Positions 48,301 through 53,092 of a stretch of 53,092 nt of DNA are shown here, piece after piece. The translations under genes and the position numbers were made by a program. The number at the start of each line of letters is the position of its first letter. Position 1 is the stretch's first letter. The notes beneath the pieces are model-generated. The model did not search any database and was not told the origin of the DNA. It saw only the letters and a list, made by a program, of their open reading frames with translations. The stretch comes from Thermoplasmata archaeon (GTDB lineage: Archaea > Thermoplasmatota > SW-10-69-26 > JACQPN01 > JAJPHT01): NCBI GenBank assembly GCA_034667685.1, contig JAXDQU010000031.1, forward strand, positions 1-53,092, given 5' to 3'.

Positions 48301-51300
48301 CTCTCGGCGGGCGCGCTCGGCTACTGGGGCAACGCGACGATCACCATGGCGACGCCCGTCTCGGGCGACTTCGCGCTCATCGTGAACGCCACGGACGGCG
48401 CCCAGAACGTCGGCACGTCGCCCAGCATCGGCACGGTCAACGTGCGGCCGCGCGTGGCGATCGATCTCAACAACCCGCCGACGGTCGACGCCACGAACAA
48501 CATGACCATCGCGATCTACGCGGCGATCGATCGCTCGGACGCCGACGGCGGCACGAGCTGCGCGGTGCGCGACGTGTGCAAGGTCTCGCAGGTGCAGATC
48601 CTCGCCCGCACGCGGGGCTCCGGCGCCGCGGGCACGCCCCTGGGCACCGTGACGTTCCCCTTCAGCTCGCTGCCGAGCCGCGCGTATGATCCCAACGGCC
48701 CGCTGATGTACGACTACACGCCCAACGGCCGCGTGAGCCTGGGCGGCTTCGACCGCAACAACACGGAGGTGTCGGCGGTCGCGACGGCCACGGACGCGGC
48801 CGGCAACACGGTGACCTCGCCGACCACGTGGATCCAGGTCTCCACGACCGACCAGATCCTCTCGGGCCTGACGATCCTCGCGCCGTCCGACAATGCGACG
48901 ACCGTCATGCCCAACGCGTCGAACGCGGTCAACGTCAGCATCCGGTTCGACCGCGCGAACGTCGCGGGCCAGCCGCGTCTCCTCTACTGGCTCAACAACA
49001 CGCTGGCGCATTCGACCGTCACGGCGGCTTCCTGCGCCGCCTCGCCCAACGCGGACGGCACGCTCAGCCAGGGCCCGACGTACTACTTCAACACGACCGC
49101 GGGCTGCGAGGGCCTCCAGTCGCACGCGGGGACCTTCCCCTCGCCCGGCGAGTACACGCTCGAGGTCCGCGCGCTCTCGGCCGACAACGCGACGTTCTAC
49201 AAGTGGGCCGGCCGCTTCTTCGGCCTTGAGCAGCTCGGTCCCGTGATCTCGTTCCCGCAGTCGATGCAGACCGACGTGGTGCCCGGCAACTTCGCGCCGC
49301 GCGTGTTCAACGTCAGCGCGAACGTGCGCACGGGCTACGCGAACCTCACGGCGTCGGGCGTCAGGCTCACGCTGCGCGGCGAGAGCGCGCTGCCCACCGA
49401 CGCGTCGGTGAGCCTGGGCAGCCTCGTGGTCACGCAGGACCCGACGACGCACGTGAAGGACTACAACCTCACGGCGCACGTGGTGCTTCCGGGCGCGGCC
49501 GTCGATGGCAACCGCTTCAGCGTCTCGTTCAACGTGTCGACCGACGGCTACGCCACGGGCGGCTTCGCGGCCAACATGAGCCAGTCGCCCAACTTCGTGC
49601 TCGACCTGCTGCCGCCGGCGGGCAACGTGTCCGTCGCGGACTCGCAGGCCACGGTCGTGGGCGGCATCGCCAACGAGCAGATCCTCGGCGTCTCCAGCGA
49701 CACGGAGTCCGGCACGAAGCGCGTCGACGTCAATCTCTACGACGTGGACCTCGACCAGACCTTCGCGTGGGACGCCGGCCCCGGCGCTCCCTCGGGCACG
49801 TTCGTCTCGGGCGACACGGGCGACTTCATGACGAGCGACCTCGTCCGCGTCCCCGGCACGCCCTACTACGTGCGCAACGTGTGGCTCCAGCAGGCCGGCG
49901 GGGTCCACAACGACCAGACCCTCTGGTCCGTCAACGACTCGAACCGCCAGATCTTCAGCTCCGCCGGCGCGACCACCGGCGCTACGTTCAACCGGATCGG
50001 CATCGACCCGGGCCACCTCTACCGCGTCCGCGTCCGCATGGTCGACGCGCTGGGCCACGTGTCCCTCGCCGAGACGACGCTGCGCCTCGACGCGCAGGCG
50101 CCCTCGCTGACGACCGCGTTCGCGGTGCCCGGCAACGGCGCGATCCCGGGCGTGGGCGCGGAGGACTGGCCGATCCAGGCCAACGTCACCGACAACTGGT
50201 GCGTGGGCCGCGTGATCCTCCACGGCCTCTCGCCGCTGACGCAGACGAGCCAGAGCGCCGACTTCGCGGCGCCCTCGGGCTACTCGTGCGTCGGGCACCC
50301 CGGCCCCGCCTCGCAGTGGGTCCTCCACCTGGCCGACGCGCCGCAGATGCGCTACGAGCCGGGCGTCTGGAGCTACTGGCTCGAGGTGCGCGACACCGCG
50401 GGCAACAACGTCACGACGGCTCACCAGCCCGTCTACGTGCAGGACGACATGGCGCCCGTGGTGCGCAACGTCACGCTCGAGCCCGCGACGGTGGGCGAGG
50501 GCAGCTCGGCGCGCATCGTGGCCGACGTGCTGGAGAACTGGCGCGTCGCCAACGTCAGCGCGACCATCACGCGCCAGGGCTCCTCGACGGTCCTGGCGAG
50601 CGGCGCGTTGAGCGCGGACGACAACGACCCGCCCGCGGCCAACGGCACCGGCCGCTACCTCGTGGACCTCCAGTCGGACTTCCACCTCAACCTGACGCTG
50701 GGCACCTACACGGTGACGGTCAAGGCGCTCGACGGCAACCGCAGCAGCGCGGCGTGCCCCGAGTGCGTGCTCGGCTCCGCGACGCTCCACGTCGTCACCG
50801 AGGCGCCGCCCGACGTCCGCTTCGACCGCCCCGGCGACACCGCGACGTACGTCAACGCCTCGCCCTCGATCAGCCTGCGCATCACCGGCAAGAACCTCAC
50901 GACCTCCGGCGTCACGATCCGCGCGGGCACGAGCCCCACCGCGCTCGTCACGGTAACGCCCACCCTGGCGTTCCAGCCGGGCAGCGAGGGCACGGTGCTC
51001 CTGGCGACGTTCGACCAGGGCCCGCTCGCCGCCGGCGACAACCTCACCGTGGACGTCAGCGTCACGACCTCGTCGGGCTTCAGCGGCCACGCGGCGCGCA
51101 CGTGGGCCGTGGACGCCACGCCGCCCACCGCCAACGCCACCGTGGCGGGCGACCTCGTCCTCAACGGCGTGGACTGGCTGGGCCGCGGCGCGACGATCAC
51201 GCTCACCGCGGACGACGGCCTCTCGGGCGTCGCGGCGCGCACGTACAGCGTGAACGGCGGCGCCCAGCAGACGTACCGCGCGCCGATCACGGTCACGCCG

Positions 51301-52410
51301 CTCGACGGTCCCTTCGCGCTCGTCTACGGCGCGACGGACCGCGCGGGCAACGCCGCGACGCCCCGGACGCTCACCGCCACGGTGGACGCCACGGGCCCCG
51401 CGATGAGCGTGCTCCAGGCGGGCGCGTCGGTCAACGTCACGGTCAACGACCACGGCGTGGGCCTCGACAACGCCAGCGTGCGCCTCTACTACCGCCTGCA
51501 GGGCGGCTCGGTCTTCGCCAACGTCGCCATGCAGCAGGTCTCCGGCACGAGCGTCTTCACCGCGACGCCGCCGGGCGACCTCTCCGCGGGCTACGCGTAC
51601 TACGTGGTCGCCAGCGACCTGCTCCACAACGACAACTCCGACGGCACGGCCGACTCGCCGCACGCCGTCGCCGCCACCAACGGCGGCGGAGGGGGCACCG
51701 CGAACACGCCGCCCACGGTGAAGATCAACCAGCCCGCGAACGGCGACTCCGTGCGCGGCAGCGTGGACGTGCAGTATCTGGCGCGCGACGCCGAGACCGC
51801 GGCCGAGCAGCTCAAGGTCACGATCTCGCTGCGCGGCGTCACGACCAACCAGGTGCTCGTCACCGACGGCGCCAACGACGGCTCGTACGCCCTCAACGCC
51901 AGCGGGCTCCCCGCGGGCGCCTACACGCTCGTGGTGCGCGCCAGCGACGGCGACCTCGCGGGCACGGACAGCGTGACCTTCACGGTCGAGGCCGGACCCG
52001 CGGTCGAGACGACGGTCCCGCCACCGGCCTCGGTCAACGCCGACTCGCCGGTCAACTTCGCCGTGAAGTTCAACCCGACGGGCAAGACCGTCGTGCAGGC
52101 CACGTGGACCGCCTACAAGGACGGCGCGCTCTACACGAGCGGCGTCCTCACCGCGGGCTCCGGCCAGTACGGCGCGGTCTTCACGCCCAAGGACGCGGGC
52201 ACCTACACGATCAAGGTGCAGGCGACCTACAACGACGGCACGACCGATCCGCAGGCCACGCAGGTCGCGGCCTTCGACGTGGCGCCCGCGCCCGGCGGCG
52301 GTGGCGCGGCCGGTGGCGGCACGCCCGCCTCCTTCCTGGTCCTCGTGGGCCTGGCGGCGGCGACGATCGCTCTGGCCGGCTACGGCGCCTTCGTGAGGTG
52401 GCGAAAGTGA
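45325..52410 (+). CDS. Giant (~2360 aa) Thr/Ser-rich surface protein with tandem Ig/FnIII-like domains and C-terminal TM anchor
   Basis: GGAGGT RBS; signal peptide; repeated DxxGN and IDxxxP motifs; many N-x-S/T sequons; C-terminal TM followed by RWRK. Confidence 0.88.
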   Translation: MLGRRSMAFVFAGLMLGSALALITPPSGAAPGDNGPPSKGGWIESATATPSCNNPCRHAVDGPNTYNIAKIGDTISTTVSGWVTSDGCTPQSGVAPSVFVDVDFTAVDGSHTNQTASTTANSTTNPFDTAGYTFTATISHQLLPANLDTVGTANPLVTIPLGLFVRCGGSLAPVGSFTMNRTATSGAPIVIDVTPPTTAFTLATTGTGGFGTTTFSITGPTVFAKNPVESVTFDLSQINSAIGTITTGGTLTQIQQNLTKYFTNNVTTNTGVPFPKAAITVTDTSGNVLPADVTYVGHALDLKAPGNFPGPLALDRAAPPGINITYQVPTGSEYTNLSVNLTDITLGASYLVECDYQWVVTTFADGCGLVVNATSQANKSVVFGLRPTAMLPLMPDHVYQATVALHDGVNNSNAWTQTGTVHTWPNPTASVEVLLPPGKTVAAVGDTVTLVPIPSSISGTNHDTYKIVADTSAFSSQTSPFWIWTASTNSWNYTTPATVTIQNTSFSRSVSASVLPIPLYGNTTFGYGNVVDANGNPFAVFPIDPRAPDVITNEKLTPLTGGAIKVEFTPPADADVDHYVLHAVDTTTNTPINADQSCAASGCTWTHAPDDHVYQISVAGVDTAGNQGQFNTNPPSAPSSANPDALLVTTPQGTYSLPPVVAGTWSGATIPAGTTNLTMTFQSAPNNTAQPGKYWTAQSGAAAWSSSPYVFYGTLQANGQFSVDNFTRQANASALASLPEGFYNVQLTLTDSPHNIAFPATFSYTLNYNVAAHVTPIAGAGSPPVIKGFGNFSGPWTGSVVPATTDATKFPTGTNVTVALVRNDTGGTKYWTGAAPTSTSDPFTSTPKWMGAWAYASNGTWVSWNLTSGFGAESANAAKLPSGSSYALAVQIQDPTHGITSTDFYPFILDRDAPAIDTTATSFSIVPSAASPTQYMQGFSTLVVQTKATDAGTGLTGFTYTLKRADGSAAPTVAGGVASVSCPSAACSLSPPLSAGALGYWGNATITMATPVSGDFALIVNATDGAQNVGTSPSIGTVNVRPRVAIDLNNPPTVDATNNMTIAIYAAIDRSDADGGTSCAVRDVCKVSQVQILARTRGSGAAGTPLGTVTFPFSSLPSRAYDPNGPLMYDYTPNGRVSLGGFDRNNTEVSAVATATDAAGNTVTSPTTWIQVSTTDQILSGLTILAPSDNATTVMPNASNAVNVSIRFDRANVAGQPRLLYWLNNTLAHSTVTAASCAASPNADGTLSQGPTYYFNTTAGCEGLQSHAGTFPSPGEYTLEVRALSADNATFYKWAGRFFGLEQLGPVISFPQSMQTDVVPGNFAPRVFNVSANVRTGYANLTASGVRLTLRGESALPTDASVSLGSLVVTQDPTTHVKDYNLTAHVVLPGAAVDGNRFSVSFNVSTDGYATGGFAANMSQSPNFVLDLLPPAGNVSVADSQATVVGGIANEQILGVSSDTESGTKRVDVNLYDVDLDQTFAWDAGPGAPSGTFVSGDTGDFMTSDLVRVPGTPYYVRNVWLQQAGGVHNDQTLWSVNDSNRQIFSSAGATTGATFNRIGIDPGHLYRVRVRMVDALGHVSLAETTLRLDAQAPSLTTAFAVPGNGAIPGVGAEDWPIQANVTDNWCVGRVILHGLSPLTQTSQSADFAAPSGYSCVGHPGPASQWVLHLADAPQMRYEPGVWSYWLEVRDTAGNNVTTAHQPVYVQDDMAPVVRNVTLEPATVGEGSSARIVADVLENWRVANVSATITRQGSSTVLASGALSADDNDPPAANGTGRYLVDLQSDFHLNLTLGTYTVTVKALDGNRSSAACPECVLGSATLHVVTEAPPDVRFDRPGDTATYVNASPSISLRITGKNLTTSGVTIRAGTSPTALVTVTPTLAFQPGSEGTVLLATFDQGPLAAGDNLTVDVSVTTSSGFSGHAARTWAVDATPPTANATVAGDLVLNGVDWLGRGATITLTADDGLSGVAARTYSVNGGAQQTYRAPITVTPLDGPFALVYGATDRAGNAATPRTLTATVDATGPAMSVLQAGASVNVTVNDHGVGLDNASVRLYYRLQGGSVFANVAMQQVSGTSVFTATPPGDLSAGYAYYVVASDLLHNDNSDGTADSPHAVAATNGGGGGTANTPPTVKINQPANGDSVRGSVDVQYLARDAETAAEQLKVTISLRGVTTNQVLVTDGANDGSYALNASGLPAGAYTLVVRASDGDLAGTDSVTFTVEAGPAVETTVPPPASVNADSPVNFAVKFNPTGKTVVQATWTAYKDGALYTSGVLTAGSGQYGAVFTPKDAGTYTIKVQATYNDGTTDPQATQVAAFDVAPAPGGGGAAGGGTPASFLVLVGLAAATIALAGYGAFVRWRK

Positions 52411-53030
52411 GCCCCGAGGTCATGGGCGTCGAGCTCGAAGGCAACCCGCGCGACTGGGGCAATGCCCAGCGCCGCGTGGGCAGCCTGATCGCCCTGGGCG
52501 TCGCGGTCGCCTTCCTCGTCGCGGCCCTCGTCGCCTACGTCCTCAGCTCGCCCTCGTGGGTCTACTGGGCCTTCGTGGTCGTCGTCGTGCTGGCGCTCCT
52601 CTTCGAGGTCGCGCTGCTGGCGCTCCAGCCCAGCCGCGCCCGCCCGATGGCCGTCGCTCCCCAGCCTCAGCCTCAGCCCCAGCCCGAGCCCCAGGCGTCG
52701 TGGGCCCCGCCGCCCGCGCCCGAGCCCGCCCCGCAGGGCGTCCGCACGCTCACGCTGCGCTGCTCGGACTGCGGCACCGTCTTCGACATCCAGGACACCG
52801 GCGAGCGCCCGCTGCGGCACGTCTGCCCCGGCTGCGGCGCCGAGGGCACGCTGCGCGACGAGGCCGAGCCCGAGCCTCAGCCTGAGCCCCAGCCTCCCGC
52901 GGCGCCCGCCGTGAAGAAGCTGAAGCTGCGCTGCGGCGGCTGCAAGGAGGTCTTCGTCATCGAGGACACCGGCGAGCGCCCGCTGCGCCGGCCCTGCCCG
53001 TACTGCGGGCGGACGGGCGAAGTGCGCTGA
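52407..53030 (+). CDS. 2-TM membrane protein with two zinc-ribbon domains and PQ/PE linkers
   Basis: CSDC...CPGC and CGGC...CPYC with a shared IxDTGERPLR; GTGA overlap with the giant gene. Confidence 0.8.
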   Translation: MSPEVMGVELEGNPRDWGNAQRRVGSLIALGVAVAFLVAALVAYVLSSPSWVYWAFVVVVVLALLFEVALLALQPSRARPMAVAPQPQPQPQPEPQASWAPPPAPEPAPQGVRTLTLRCSDCGTVFDIQDTGERPLRHVCPGCGAEGTLRDEAEPEPQPEPQPPAAPAVKKLKLRCGGCKEVFVIEDTGERPLRRPCPYCGRTGEVR

Positions 53031-53036
53031 TCCTCC

Positions 53037-53079
53037 GACGGGAAGACGGGAAGCGAGGGAAGACGGGAACTGGGGAAGA
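53037..53079. repeat. Tandem 8-bp GACGGGAA units, possibly one arm of another palindromic element cut by the window edge
   Basis: gacgggaa gacgggaa gcgagggaa gacgggaa immediately after the stop codon. Confidence 0.5.
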
Positions 53080-53092
53080 AGGGGTCGCCACC

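Overview
High-GC archaeal genomic DNA. Archaeal markers are Tsr3, Taw2, a PGF-CTERM archaeosortase substrate and TATA-like boxes ~25-30 nt before apparently leaderless starts; a Thermoplasmatota-like lineage is my inference. Housekeeping genes (tsr3, taw2, fpg/mutM-like, sufB, tatC, ubiE/menG, a GH15 hydrolase, an opp/dpp ABC operon, a vapBC pair) are interspersed with many secreted, lipid-anchored or membrane-anchored proteins of unknown function. These include two lower-GC clusters of Cys-rich secreted proteins (~7.9-10.9 kb and ~42.2-45.9 kb) and a ~2360 aa surface protein. The most interesting locus is 36.9-41.2 kb: a small secreted CxG-repeat peptide, a multi-TM Hanks-type Ser/Thr kinase, a wHTH-FHA transcription factor and a divergent collagen-like protein, which together look like a receptor-kinase signalling module. 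Other oddities: an Fpg gene that must start at CTG, a TatC with an N-terminal exported domain, a cysteine-less thioredoxin, a transmembrane wHTH one-component regulator, several unrelated palindromic intergenic elements built from 8-9 bp units, and a 100 bp gene-end duplication flanking a foreign-looking gene. All calls are by eye from motifs; no database search was run, and GC differences are visual impressions.
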